Assembly: GCF_963921235.1 (NCBI RefSeq)
Contig: NC_086097.1
Span: 149,980,001 to 150,044,000, forward strand
Direction: 5' to 3'
DNA: 64,000 nucleotides
Source of the DNA: Mobula hypostoma
Taxonomy: Eukaryota
Every line of letters begins with the position of its first letter. Positions within the stretch are counted from its first letter, which is position 1. The translations under genes and the position numbers were made by a program. Of this stretch, positions 36,389 through 50,198 are shown in pieces. The notes beneath the pieces are model-generated. The model was not told the origin of the DNA. It made no database searches and was given only the letters and a program-made list of their open reading frames with translations.

Positions 36389-37936
36389 TATACTTTAATT
36401 TCCTAATTTTAACTGAAGTTCCTTCAATATTCGCACAATTGGTCAACATGGCCAATTTTCATTACAAAGATATTGTCATTTACTTTTGTAACTTAAACAT
36501 GATGAAAAAGCAGGCATCAATTTATAATAAAACCCATCACTCCCATTAACACTGCAGAAAAAGGCCAAAGATGAACATGCTGCTCATTTTCCCTTCCTCC
36601 TTTCTCCCCTTGGGTTAAGTGCACGGTAACTGCTTGATGTCTTCCTATGGCTGCTTTTATAAGGTTTCTGCTAATGGTGCTATTTCCTGGAAGCCCAGCT
36701 CTCTCACATCTGGTTACAAGTCAAATAGGACTCCCGGGGCATTTTGAGGGAAGCAGCTGGAAGTAACTGTTCAGATTTAAAAACAACCAATGCAAAAGAA
36801 ACTGTCAACAGAGCTTTACAGTCAGTGTTTAGAGTTGGACTTGTTCAGCACTGCGTCAGTCACAGTCTTATTCGTTGGTTGCATCCAGTCCCCCTTTGCT
36901 TGGATACTGCAGTCTCCAGTATAACATCTGGAGGCTGCTGGAGGATGTGGGAATCTGATCACATCCTGAGACAGAAGCAGCTCCAAGCACAAGGTGGCTT
37001 CCTGTTATAACTAAGCACTGCTTGCTACTTGTTCTTCCACTCTGTTTTTAACTATCTGCAGATTTTCGTTAATCTTCATTCCCAAGTTCAAATCAACAAT
37101 AAAGTTGCTTTTCAGGTGATTACTGCTTTGCTTATGAGTGTTGTAAGGTGAACCTTTAACACTTCCAGATTGGGGACAAAATCAATGTGGCAGTAGAACA
37201 CAGAGCCTATTGTATCTAGCTTAGTAGATGATAACTTATCAGTTAGTTGAAGTGGAAACTAGATTTAGAAACTGGAAACTAGAGTCAAATCAGCCATCCT
37301 ATGCAACCTAGACTTCAGAACAAACAATCGCCAATAAGCCAATGATTACTTTACCGTACCTACCCAGTTGGACTTCCTTCACCTCTATGCCCAATTCTAC
37401 ATTTGCTTGTCTTCCTATGAGCAATAGGTCTTTTTGCCTACTTTCAATTTTTTTCCCCAACTAAACCATACTTCTTCCATTCACTAGGTCCCTTCATGGG
37501 GAACCTTTGACAGGGCACTGACAATCTCTAATGTTCCACTCCACTCTACTCTTCAAACCAAATTCTCTTTGAATTTGAAGAGTAAGGAGACTTCAGATGT
37601 TGGAAAGTAGAACAAAAACAAAATGCTGCCAGAACTCAGCAGGTGAAGGAGTGTTTGAGTAATTTGACAACTCTGCTAAGACCTTGCATCAGGATTGAGA
37701 GGGAAGAGGAAAGATTGCTAGTATATAACAGTACAAAGTGTATTGTGATGGAAGCTGGTAGGTGGAACCAGGCAGTGGGAGAGAAGAATGGGACAGATGG
37801 ATAATGGAGAAGAATACAAGGTGCAGGACTCAAAACTTGTATTGAATCAGAATTAGAATCAGAATCAGGTTTGATATCACTGGCATATGTGGTAAAATTT
37901 GTTGTTTTGCTGCAGCAGTACACTGCAATACATAAT

Positions 37937-40761
37937 TGTCAGATATGGTCCAAGTGCGGAGAGTGGGAGGCTGAAGCGGGTCGATAGTTTACAGACTTTA
38001 ATGCGAACAGAGTTAGAGGGAAAAGAAAACAATAAACACTAGGCCAAACAGGGTCATTAACGAAAACGCTCAAGTGCAAAACTAGATGCCAACGCCCTGG
38101 CTGAAAGGAATACCTAAATGCAAAACGAAAACTGCTAGTCTTCAGTGTCATTTGACTCAATAGTCCACTTTCTCAGGCAAGGCCGAATGCAAGCAGGCAG
38201 CGTAATGCTGTTGTGCTTTGCTCAAGTCTGGACAGGAGCTACAAGGAAAAGAAGGGAGTTAAATACCGCCATAGTAATTAGCTGACATGAGCATATTCAC
38301 AAGCACAATTGCCAAATTTGCTGCACAGCCAGGTCTGTGGTTGTGACAGGGCCCTCTCCCTCGGTGCAGCTCCTGAAGCGCCACAGACCTGTGCCCGCTG
38401 GAAATCCCAGATGAGCGATTTGTCCAAGAAGACCTTGCTAGGATCCAAGAATGATCTTCAGGACCATATCCTCCCCAATACACAAGGTACTGGACCTTAC
38501 CACGTAGCCGGCAAGATGCCAGGAGGCACCACACTGTACAGACAGGGAACCATCTACCAAATGGGAGGAAGGGGAGGTGGGGTGACTTTGGCCAGGGGAG
38601 AGGTAGTAACCAGCTTGAGCTGGGAAACAAGGAACACTAGGTGGATCTTCATTGATGATGGTAGTCGCAATTTATATGAGACCTTGTTGATGACCTTTTC
38701 CACTACAAATGGTCCCATGTAGCATGGAGCCAATTTGGGGCTCTTCACTTCTAGGGGAAGATCCCTCGATGCCAACCAGATCTTCCCTCCTGGCTTGAAA
38801 GGCCTTACCTGTCGGCAGAGATGGTCAGCCTGCCGGGCATGTTGTTTCTGGGGGTGCAGCAGAGAAGCCCTGGCTTGTCTCCAGGTGTGCTTGTAGCGCT
38901 GGATCAACTGTTCAGCAGCAGGAACTCCTACATCAATCTCCTGGACAGGGAAGAGGGGAGGCTGGAATCCTTTCTGGCATTCAAAGGGGGACATAGCTGC
39001 GGAAGATGACTGGTGGTTATTGTGGGTGATCTCTGCCCAAACCAGCTAGAAGTTCCAGGACTTGGGGTTGGAAGAGCCAAGGAAGTGCAGGGTTGTCACC
39101 AAATCTTGATTCATTCTCTCAGTCTGGCCATTGGATTGGGGGTGGAAACCAAATGAGAGGCTGGCCATGGCTCCAACAAGAAAACAGAAAGTCTTCAAAA
39201 ATGGGATGTGAACTGTGGGCCATGCTCAGACACTATTTGAGGGAAGACATGGAGCCTGTATACATGAGGGTGGCAGTCTCATGAGCCTATGGGAGCTTAG
39301 AGAGGGCAATGAAATGGGCAGCCTTGGAGAATTGATCCACAATGACCAAAATGGTAGTGTTTCCATTAGACGGGGGCAGCCCAGAGGTGGGACCAGGGGA
39401 GGTGGGGCACAGGCAGCAGACATAGCAGACCCACAGGATGCTGACGTGATATCTTGTTTTGAGCAGAGATGGAACAGGCAGATATGAAGTTGTGGACATC
39501 CTGGGACATAGGTGGCCAACAAAATCATCTCTTAATAAACTCCTGGATCCATTGAATACCCAGATGGCGAGCCAGGCAGGAGGAATGATCCCATTCCAAC
39601 ACTTTGGAATGCGTTACAGCAGGGGCAAACAACCAGCTGGGTGGCACCCCACCCAGACCTGGGTCCAACTGTTGGGCGGCCCTCACCTTTGCCTCTATTC
39701 CCCAAGTCAGCAGAGCAGCAATACATGAGCAAGGAATGATGGGCTCTGGATCAGCATTGTCCTCAGGTCTGTCGAACTGCCGGGAGAGAGTGTTGACCTT
39801 GGTATTCCTGCTGCCGGGACAATAGGTGAGGATGAAATTAAACCGGGTGAAGAAGAGAGCCCACCGGGCTTGATGGGAGTTGAGTCTCTTAGCATCCTAA
39901 ATGTAGGAGAGGTTTCCCAACATCATAATTCCCCTCAGCTAGAGTCAAGCCATGAAAAAGAAAGGCAGAAGAGTACAGCCACTGTCCGTAGACGAGCGCT
40001 GAGAGAGGACACCTTTAATGCCTGCATCGGATGCATCCACCTTGACTATGACTGGCTGTGATGGGTCTGGGGCAGTGGTACAACATCACTTTAACTACAA
40101 AAATGTTTGGTTGGCATTGTCTGTGCAATAGAATCCTGCCGAGGTCTTCCTGGTGAGTATGTTTATGGGAGCCATGATAGAGCCAAAATTCCAGATGAAT
40201 AATAGTTCACAAACCCCATAAAGCACCACACCTGTTTGACTGTAAATTGTTTGGACCACTTTGTAACTGCCTGAACTTTACTAGGGTCCATTTGAACATA
40301 GGATGGGGTAAGTATATAGCCTCAAAACGACACCAGATTTCTCGAGGTTGGTGTACAGTTTATTTTCAAGGAGCTATCTGTAATCTCTGCAGACATGCTG
40401 GATGTGTTCCTGGTGAGAGTGGGAATAGGTAAGGACATTGTCTAATTATGAGAGAGAGAGAGAGAGCAAACAGGGTCATTAACTAAAACTCTCAAACACT
40501 ATGGCTGAAAGTTATATCTAAATACAAAATGAGTACTGCTAGTCTTCAGCATCAGTTGACTAGATAGTCCACTTTTCTCAGGCAAGGCCAAACGCAAGCA
40601 GGCAGCGCAACGTTGGTGTGCTTTGCTCAAGTCTCCACAAGCGCAACAATGTAAAGAAGGGAATTAAATACAGCCATAATTAAATAATAATTAGCTGACA
40701 CGTGCATATTCATGAATGCAATTTCTGAATCTTCTGCACAGCCAAGTCCGTGGTTGTGACA
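37937..40761 (-). mobile_element. Gypsy chromovirus (sushi-like) LTR retrotransposon, internally deleted
   Basis: 3' LTR 37937-38348 (TG..CA), partial 5' LTR about 40466-40761, TSD ataat (37932-37936, 40762-40766), PPT 38349-38364; integrase ILVIVDQFSKAAHF, GPFVVEKVINKVSYKLRLP; chromodomain QYLVYWGGYGPEDHSW. Confidence 0.92.
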
Positions 40762-40847
40762 ATAATATTTTAAAAGTATAAATTGCAATAAAAAATATAC
40801 AAAATTAATTTAGATAATTAGTACAAAAGGAGAGCTAAAAAATTGTG

Positions 40848-40975
40848 AATGAGAATATCTGCAGATGCTGGCAATCCAAGCAACTTACACAAAATGCTGG
40901 AGGAACTCAGCAGGTCAGGCAGCATCTATGGAAAAGAATAGTCAATGTTTTGGACTGAGACCTTTCAGCAGGACT
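40848..40975 (-). mobile_element. Older PLE 3' terminus
   Basis: tctgcagatgctgg...aaaatgctggaggaactcagcaggtcaggcagcatctatgg...tgttttggactgagacctttcagcaggact. Confidence 0.8.
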
Positions 40976-41640
40976 CTAGTGTCCAAGGGTTTATTGTCCA
41001 TTCAGAAATCTGATGATAGAAGGGAAGAAGCTGTTCCCGAAACCATGAGTATGGGCCTTCTCCTTGACGGTAGCCGTGAGAAGAGGGCATTATTAACACC
41101 CCTAGGTGTTAGGAGCACTTAATCATGAATGTTGGTTTTCTGAGGCAATGTCTTTTGAAGGTGTTCTCATTGCTAGGGAGCTAGTATCCATGGTGGAGCT
41201 GGCTGAGTTTATGACTTTCTGCAGCTTTTACTGGTTGAGTGCAGTAGCCACTCCATACCAGATGGTGATGCAACCAGTTACAGTTCTCCCCATGTTGCTT
41301 CTGTGGAAATCTGCAAGTCTTTGGTGATATACCAAGCTCCTCAAACTCCATAATAAAATATAACTGCTTGTGTGTGTGGCTTTGTTGTAATATGTTTGGC
41401 CCAGGATAGTTCTTCAAGGGTGCTGACACCCAGGAACTTGAAACTGCTCATCCTTTCTGCTGCTAATCTCTCGATGAGGACTGGATTGTTCCCTTGCTTT
41501 CCTCTCCCTGAAGTCGACAATCAATTCCTTTGTGTTAGTGACGTTGAGTGCAAGGTTGCTGTTACAACATCACTCAACCAGCAATCAACAGTATCTCACT
41601 CCTGTTCACCTCCTCATCAGCTGAAGTTCTGCCAACAATT

Positions 41641-44240
41641 AGACCATAAGACCATAAGATACAGGAGCAGAAATAGGGGCAGGAGACTGGGGCAAATTTC
41701 CTTTTTGCCCCAGTCTCCTGCCGTCTCCCCATATCCCTTCATGCCCTGACCAGTCAAGAATCTATGAACCTCTGCCTTAAATATACATAAAGACTTGGCC
41801 TCCATGGCTGTCTGTAGCAAGGAATTTCATGATTCACCGCTCTCTGGCTAAAGAAATTAGATTAGATCAGATTCTAATCTGATAGATTAGAATATCTATT
41901 ATTAGATATTAGATATTTAATAATATATATTATATAATTATTATATATATTATAATAATACAATAATATATATTTATTATATAATATATATATCTAATAT
42001 TAAATTAGATTCAACTTTATTGTCATTGTGCCAATTACAGATACAAAGCCAATGAAATGCAATTAGCATCTGACCAGAAATGCAAAGAACAGTGTTATTT
42101 ACAAAATAACTGCGAATAAAAAGTAAGTGCTACAGCACACAAATATAAAAGTACTGAGACAGTACAATATGGGTACAATACTGCTTAGCGCTGTGATGAG
42201 AGGTTCAGCAGGGTCATAGTCTCAGGGAAGAAGCTCTTCCTGTGCCTGCTGGTGCGGGAGTGGAGGCTCCTGTAGCGCCCACCGGATGGGAGGAAGAGTA
42301 AAAAGTCCATGGTTAGGGTGAGATGCATCCTTGATAATGCTTTTCGCCCTGCCCAGGCAGCGTTTATTCTAGATGTTCTCAATGGTGGGCAATTGGGTGC
42401 TGATAATCCACTGGGCAGTTTTCACCACACGCTGGAGTGCTTTGCGGTCCGATACGGGACAATTGCCATACCACACCGAGATGCAGTTGGTGAGTATGCT
42501 CTCAATGGTACAGCAGTAAAAGTCCATCAGTATCCTTGGACAGAGGTGAGTTTTCTTGATGCTCTGCAGGAAGTAAAGGCACTGTTGCACCTTTTTGATC
42601 AGGATGAAGGAGTTCAGGGACCAGCTGAGATCCTCGGAAATGTGGACACTAAGGAATTTGGAGCTTGATACACGCTCCACTACAGCTCCGTTGATGTAGA
42701 TGGGGATGTGAGTGTGGTTCCTAGCATGCCTGAAGTCCACAATGATCTCCTTGGTCTTCTGGGTGTTAACAGCCAGGTTGTTGTCAGCACACCACACAGC
42801 CAGGTGCTGGACCTCGTCCCTGTAGGCCGTCTCGTCATCCCCTCTGATCAGTCCAACCACCGTGGTGTCAACTTGATTATGGAGTTAGAGCCATGTACAG
42901 GAAGGCAGTCAAGGGTGAAATTCCTCCTCACCTCTGTTCTAAAAGGACGCCCCTCTATTCTGAGGCTGTATCCTCTGGTCTTAGATTCTCCCAGCATAGG
43001 AAGCATCCTGTCCACATCCACTCTGTCAAGCCCTTTCACCATTCAATAGGTTTAAATGAGATTACCCCTTATTCTTCTGAATTCTAGTGAATACAGGTCC
43101 AGAGCCATCAAATGCTCTTCATATGACAAGCCATTCAACCCTGGAATAACTTTTGTGAATCTCCTTTGAAACCTCTCCAATTTCAGCACATCCTTACTAA
43201 GATAAGGATACTAAAACTGCTCACAATTCTCCAAGTGAGGCCTCACCAGTGCTTTATACAGTCTCAACATTACATCCTTGTTTTTAAATTCTAGTCCTCT
43301 TGAAATGAATGTTAACATTGCATTTGGCTTCCTCACCACGGACTCAACCTGCAAATTAATCTTTAGTGAATCCCACACAAGCACTCCCTAGTCCCTTTGT
43401 GCCTCAGTTTTTGTACTTTCTATCCATTTAGAAAATAGCCAACTCTTTCATTTCTTGTACCAAAATGCACGACCATACACTTCCCAACATTGCATTCTAT
43501 CTGCCATTTCTTTGCCCAATCTCCTAAACTTGTCTAAGTCCTTCTGTAGCATCTCTACTTACTTAAAACTGCCTATCCTTCCACCTATCTTCATTTCGTC
43601 TGCAAACTTTGCAACAAAGCCATCAATTCCATCATTCAAATCATTGACATATAACATAAAAAGAAGCAGTCCCAACACCGACCCCTGTGGAACACCACTA
43701 GTCACCAGAAGCCAACCAGAAAAGGCACCCTTTATACCCATTGTTTGTCTCCTGCCGATCAGTCACTGCCTGATCCATGTTAGAATCGTTCCTGTAATAC
43801 GATGGACGTAGCTTGTTAAGCAGCCTCATGTTTGGCTCCTTGTCAAAGGCCTTCTGAAAATCCAAGTACACAACATCAACTGATTCTCTTTTGTTTATCC
43901 TGCCTGTTATTTCTTCAAAGAATTCCAGTCGATTTGTCAGGCATGATTTTCCCTTGAGGAAACCATGCTGACCGCAGCCAGTTCGTCTGCCACTTTGTTG
44001 TCCCCATTACTACCCTCCAACGGTCTGATATCCACTCTCACTTCTCTTTTACACTTTATATATCTGAAGAAACTTCTGGTATCTTCTTTAATATCAAAGG
44101 CTTACTTACTTTTGTATTCCTTTAACTTCTTAATTACTTTTTTAGTTGCCTTCTGTTGGTTTGTAAAAGCTTCTCAATTGTCTTATTTCCCATTAATTTT
44201 TGCTCTGTTATTTGCCCTCTCTTTGGCTTTTATGTTGGCT
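41641..44240 (-). mobile_element. CR1 LINE (RT + 3' end), interrupted by a young Rex1
   Basis: ORF 43559 VTSGVPQGSVLGLLLFMLYVNDL...KFADEMK; ORF 42848 KGLDRVDVDRM; tail agaccataagaccataaga. Confidence 0.9.
41859..42916 (-). mobile_element. Rex1/Babar 3' portion with 6-bp TSD and scrambled AT-rich tail
   Basis: ORF 42369..42860 YRDEVQHLAVWCADNNLAVNTQKTKEIIVDFR...ESILTNCISVWYG; TSD gaaatt (41853-41858, 42917-42922). Confidence 0.9.
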
Positions 44241-45199
44241 ATGTTATGTTATAAAAGAGAAACAAAAGTACTTCCTCCCACTCCAGGCCCATTTCCTCTT
44301 ATACCCCTGATGAAAGTGATAGGTGTGTAGAAACGCGATGCCAAGGGTGGTAGTAGAGGTAGATACATTTGAGACATATAAGAGGCTCTTAGATAGGTAC
44401 ATGAATGAAAGAAAAATGGAGGGCTTCATGGGAGGGAAGGGTTAGATTGGTCTTAGAGTTGGTTAAAAGATTGGCATATCTTGGGCTTCTGCGGTTGTAC
44501 TGTGCTGTACTGTTCTATGTTCAAAAAGAATCAAAGCAGGTGGAGCTTAAAGAGTAAAGTGGGACTAAGGGAAAGACGTCAGTCATCGTCCTACAGATCT
44601 GCAGAGCAGAAACAAGAACTGCTCTCATTAGATGTAGATCGAACAGATGAAGCACTGGTGAGATTAGGTGGCTCATTGCTGCCTGGAAGTTCCTGGCCAT
44701 TATGATAGATGAGGAAAGAATTGGCCAAAGATGTAGTTCACATAGTGTAGGGGTGATGATTACAAGTTAGGACATTAGTACAGGGTTCTGGAAGACCTCA
44801 AGTTTATGGATCCTAAAACCAGGGAAGAAAACAAGGAGTGCATTGGGATGGTTTATTCTGGAGAGCATCATCCGAAGAAAATATATGTAACTACATATAT
44901 GTAAATATATGAATATGCATACATTTGTTCTGCCCAACATGTTCAGAATCTTTGGTAGCCTATTTGAAAGCCATCAATTTGAAGTTACCATGCACAGTAA
45001 GTTTCAATGTAGTGGCAGTCATTTAAGGAGATATTTCAAAGTACACAACATAAAAATATTTTTAACAAAATATAAAATATCCCAAGATCACTCCAAACAA
45101 AATGTTGATTGATTCAGGGCTAAATGAAAGTTATATAATCGCGCAGAGAACTGCCAGGTCAGAAAAGTGGACAGAATGTAACAAAAAGAGAAGAATGGC

Positions 45200-45955
45200 T
45201 AAGTGCCTAATGAAGAATTACAAGTCGTTAGACTTTGAGGAAAAGCTAATCTGCATATCAAAGCAGTTAATAAAAAATTCTATAGATGTCTAAAAAAGAA
45301 AAGTTAACTAAATGACTTTGGTCACATTGAAAATGAATATTTTGCATCAATCTTCATTACACAATATGCAAATAACATTCCAATTAGTAAATCAGGAATT
45401 GGAAGGAAGGGAGGAACTCAGGAAAGTTATAATCACCAAAGGTATGGTACTGAGTAAAAATTTGGAGCTGCAAGTTGGCAAGTTTCCAGTCCACATGAAC
45501 TTCAACAGAGGGTTTTGAAGGAAATGGCTGATGAGAAAGTTTATTTGTTTGTTTTGATTTTCTAAAGTTCCACAGATTTGAGGAAGGTTTCATTAGATTG
45601 CAAAGGAGCAAAAGTTACTCCCTTATTTAAAATGGAGAGTGACACAGAAAACAGAAAACTACAGGCTTTCTATTCATCTGCCTTTGGGAAAATTTTAGAG
45701 CCATTACTGGAGAAAATAGCAGGATATTTCAAAAGAGTCAAGGTAATCAGGCAAAGGCAAAATGTATTTATGAAAGGGAAATCATTTTTTACCCAATTGT
45801 TTCGAGTTCATTGAAGAAGTACACGTGCTATGGATAAAAGAGAACCTACGGAAGTTCTATTCATAGTTTTCCTGAAGATATTTGATTAGGTGGTGCATCA
45901 AAGATTATAACAAAAAGTTAAAACTCATGTTGTAGGAGGTAACTTATTGACAGGG
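45200..45955 (+). mobile_element. Highly decayed CR1 ORF2 fragment
   Basis: AKVTPLFK...QNVFMKGKSFFT corresponds to CR1 ANVTPLFK...QHGFMKGKSCLT. Confidence 0.65.
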
Positions 45956-45959
45956 TAGA

Positions 45960-46350
45960 TGAGGACAAGAGGCTGCAATGGGATATAGTATAGAGTCAGC
46001 CAGCTCTGTCGTGTACACAACCTTCCCCACCGTCAATGATATCTGTAAGAGATGTTGCCTCAAGAAGGCGGCACCCGTTACTAAGGACTCTCAACATCAG
46101 GCACGTGCTCTCTTCATGTTTATGACCATCAGGCAGGTGATGCAGGAGCCTAAAAACTCACATTGAATGATTCAGGCACAGCTTCTTCCCTTCTACCATT
46201 AGATTTCTGAGCAGCCAATGAACAAACAAACATAATTTTAATTTTTTAAAACTTATTTTTAGTAATTTTTTTGCTTTTGCACAGTACGGCTGCTGCAAAA
46301 CAGCAAATTCCACATCATTTATGTCAGTTATAATAAACTTGATTCTGGTT
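45960..46350 (+). mobile_element. Rex1/Babar 3' fragment
   Basis: DICKRCCLKKAA...KDSQH; tail taataaacttgattctggtt. Confidence 0.75.
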
Positions 46351-47879
46351 GTGTTTTAATATTAGGGATCATAATTTTACCTTGCTTTGACCTTTTGCCA
46401 AGTTTTGCTTTGCTTTAACTTGTAAGTACCTTAGGGGATTATTTTTGGAATCTGTCCCTAAAAAAGAAGAGCAAATGCATTAAGTTATTTCCCTCCAGGG
46501 GAATTCCCCTGTTATAATTTATTTGCTGGAGAAGAGGTGAATCAAGTTCAGAACATAGCACTCACTCGCTCTTACTATTTTCAGGAACCTCAAATTCATT
46601 TTTGTTTCTCCAAATAATTTTCCCTTTTAAGACAAATAATATTTGTCTCATCTCTCTGGTTTATTATTACTCTACTGTTTCAAATTGTTAAATCTGATTC
46701 TATTTGATCAGGACTCTAGCTTTAAATGAGATTATTACACGACCATGTCATGTCAAACAGAGGAAGCAATGATCGGAAGCTGATGAAGGATACTGTTGCA
46801 CACAAATTAGATTGCTTCTTTGTAAGATCCATTTCCCCACATTTAGAGATTCCTGATTTCGCTGATAGGTTCTGTTGAGATAATTTTGTGTTTTCAGTGT
46901 GAAGCATGCATTTCTCAATGAAGCACTGGTTGTGGATCTAATATACAATGTGTGGCTCTTTCTCTTTAAGGACTGCAGCAAATGACCTGACATCTCTCTG
47001 TAGGCCATTAAGAGCTAAAACCAGGAAATATTTCTTCACACAGAGTATGGTGAAGTAGGGAATCCCCTATCACAGAAGGCAGTGGAAGCCAAGTCACTGC
47101 ATGTATTCAAGAGAGGTGCAGGTATATTCCTTAATAACAAAGGGCCCAGTGGTTTTAAGGAGAGAATTGGAACAGGCTGTTGAAGTACAAAAGATGATCA
47201 GCCATGATTACATTGAACAGCCTCTAAGGGCTAAATAACCTACTCGTGTTGCAACTTTGTACACTTGTTTACAGCAGTGTTGAGGGAGGAGATTGTAGGA
47301 TATTCAATAGAAAAAAATATGCAGGCCTCTGTAAGCTCTTCTACTTAATAAATCACTGTTGGTTTAGCTTACAGGCTCTTCTTAAACAGTTGTACTGATT
47401 AAAACACATTAATAAACTACATTGTGTCTGTGTCTGAGTGTGCGTGCGCGCGCGTGTGTGTGTGTGTGTGTGTGCATGTGGGTCTGTGTATTCACTTGTG
47501 TTAGCATACAACAGCTATATTAAGGACTTGTTGAACTTGGATCTGGATTTCTGTCAAGCCAAAGCTGGAAACAACCCAAAAACCAGCTGGCAAAACTTTT
47601 AACCAAGATCTATTTAGCAATGCAATATAAACAAAAACAGAATGACTCCACAGAGACGTACTTCATCTCTGAAAGGATCTAATTTCTAAACGTGCGCTGA
47701 CGTCTGTGGGATAAATTTATCACTTGCTCCATTTAGTAAATCCAGCATTAGAAAAGTAAGTAATTAGAGCTTCCTCAAAGGCCCTGCTGTTAAGTGGACT
47801 TTGCTTTGTGGAACTGACCAGAAAGGTCAGATTAAACTATGGCTGGGTAGCAGTCAGAAGTAAATAACCTAGCAGATGT

Positions 47880-48190
47880 AGGCAACACATGGCATAGTGT
47901 ATAGAGCTGCTGCCTCTCAACTCTCAATATTGATCTCTTGTCCTTTCTGCATTGAGTTTCTCTGTTCTGCCTATGAATAAATGGGTTTCCTTGCATAACC
48001 CAATATACACAGGTTAGTAGTTTAAATAGCCACTGTAAATTAAGCCCAGCATATTCAGGGTGGTGGGATCTGGGGTAATCTGATGTGAATGTAAGGAGAA
48101 TAAAATTGGATTAGTGTAGGATTAGTGTAAATTAGGATTTAATTCTCAGTGTGGACTCATTCACCCCAAAGAACATGCTTCCATGCTTTC
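47880..48190 (+). mobile_element. Degenerate V-SINE (HE1-like)
   Basis: tRNA-like head (gagctgctgcctctca), V-domain-like gagtttctctgttct..atgggtttcc..ggttagtagtttaaatagccactgtaaatt, CR1-like tail. Confidence 0.55.
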
Positions 48191-48584
48191 CCCTCATTAA
48201 CCTGAATCTCCTAAACTAAGGTGACTGCTCTGGGTGTCACCTTCCCAAACCCAGCCCAAGTCCCCACCCAGCTCTTCAAAACTAGTTAGTTCAGTCTGAG
48301 TAGTCTGTGCTATTCCCAAAGGTGCTCATTGATGGAAGATGTAAATTCTTGTCTTTGACGGATGACCTTTTCTGCTTTGACGTATCATCCCCAATTGACC
48401 TCAAAGCCTCTCAGACAGAAAATCAAGATGGACAGGATTCTTCTGCTGATTACTGTTAGATACAGATTCCTGTTGGAAGGTGCAGGTGGATGAGGCAGCC
48501 TTGGTTTTCGTCATGAACAGTTAACATTTAATATAGAACTTAGAATCAGAATCAGGTTTATTATCACTGTCTTATATAATGTGA

Positions 48585-50198
48585 TATATAATCACCAATA
48601 ATTATATATATAATCACCAATGTTGCAATCCACGGTAGCCAGACAAAGCTTACCAACCCAGTGCAATCCCTTGTTGAAGAGGTCAAGGTAGCCAAGGTAA
48701 GATCATTCTTGATGGTTCGAGACTCAAAAGACCCTGTCACCACTCCCAGCCGAATGTGAGATCAGGCAGGAAGTGGTCAGCCCGTGTAGCATTTGATGAG
48801 GCAGAGTCTAGATTGAAGCACAAGGAGCCGGTTGGGGCTACCCAGCTAGGCCAACAGGGACTTGGATGGACAACCCACAAGTGGTGGTCACCTTCTACAG
48901 GTAAGGAGTGCCGTGAGCTTGTAACACAAGAAATATGAGAGGTAGAAGTGGAGAAGAGGTTAGCTAAAACAGCTGGCCTGGCCAAACAAGGGGCTTGAAC
49001 CTGGTGGGAAAGTGTTGAACAACAACGTCTATCTTGGAATGTTCTGTGGCAGATGGAACCGCTCCGCATTTCTTTTCTATGCAGAGCAGCATGCGATCTG
49101 CTCCCAACACCTGCCAACCTCAGCACCTGGTATGAAGATAAGACAGACAGGTGTGCTGCTTGTGGCGAGAAGGGAACATTTCAATATATCTTGAGTGCAT
49201 GCAGAGTCAATCTTTCCAGCGGCAGGTACACTTGGAGACATAACAACGTTCTCAAAGTTGTAACAAAAGCAGTTGAGCAGAGAGTACTGCAGCACAACTT
49301 ATCTCATGCCCCATGCTGCACAGAACATCGCATATCATTTGTGAAAGAAGGCTCCAAGTCAAGGGTGTACAGCACAGGTTCACGATCAAGCATACTTTCT
49401 TCAGCCAATGATTGGTGTGTCAAGGCCAACCTGGATGGGAAAGGCAATTTCCCAGAGCAAATAGCTTTCACCACATTGCATCCAGATATAATCATATGGC
49501 CTGACACCAGTAGAGAAGTGGTTGTTTGTGAACTCACAGTCCCCTGGGAAGACAACATCGATGAAGCCCATGAGCGCAAGTTAGCCAAGTATGCAGAATT
49601 AAGATCAGAGTGCAGAGACAGAGGGTGGAAGGTCTCATGCCATCCATTCAAAGTAGGCTGCCGTGGGTTTATTACGTTCACTTTCCAGAAGTGGCTGTGT
49701 GACCTTGGCCTCACTAGAAGAGAGATCAAGTCAACCAGCAGGACTGTAGCTGAGTTAGCAGAGACAGGATCAGCATGGGTGTGGACCAAATATGTCCAGA
49801 GGGGCAGATAGTCAGACAGTGTAGACATATCTTGCAAACCCTTCAGTAGTTGCATAGACACCTGAAGAGTAGACTATCTGTTGGATGGAAGTGACCAACA
49901 ACTCTGATAGAGGCAGATGCCAAGTTTTTAAGCTCACCAGTGGGAGGTGGTGCTTTAGCACTGCTGGCCCACCACCTCGAGGGATTCTTGATCATAAGCG
50001 GGCCAAAACTCCTGAAGACAGCTGGTGGAGCAACTGATGATCCCACTGGTGATAGCACAGGACAGTTAACATCTTAGTCTATTTGTATTTTTGATTCTTA
50101 ATGTGATGACTGTATGGTCATCGAAGATCTCACCGTTAAAGGAATGGACGTCGTCATTGTATTTCAATGGACAACCAAGAAGAGAGAGAGAGAAGATG
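48585..50198 (+). mobile_element. R2/HERO-like non-LTR retrotransposon with restriction-like endonuclease, 5'-truncated
   Basis: ORF 49053..49811: CAAC...YILSAC zinc knuckle, RYTWRHNNVL, HPDIIIW...ELTVPWEDNIDEAHERKLAKY, KVGCRGF; interrupts a Rex1 tail; candidate TSD taatgtga (48577-48584, 50199-50206). Confidence 0.88.

Larger units (their letters stand above)
37845..41640 (-). mobile_element. Rex1/Babar 3' portion split by the Gypsy element and a PLE terminus
   Basis: Tail gaatcagaattagaatcagaatcagg at 37845; resumes at 40762; reversed Rex1 C-terminal motifs 40980-41640. Confidence 0.8.

Noticed and set aside
49975..50060. Hammerhead in the HERO-like 3' UTR (ctgatga near 50034)
   Set aside because: No correctly placed GAAA box or supporting stems found by eye.
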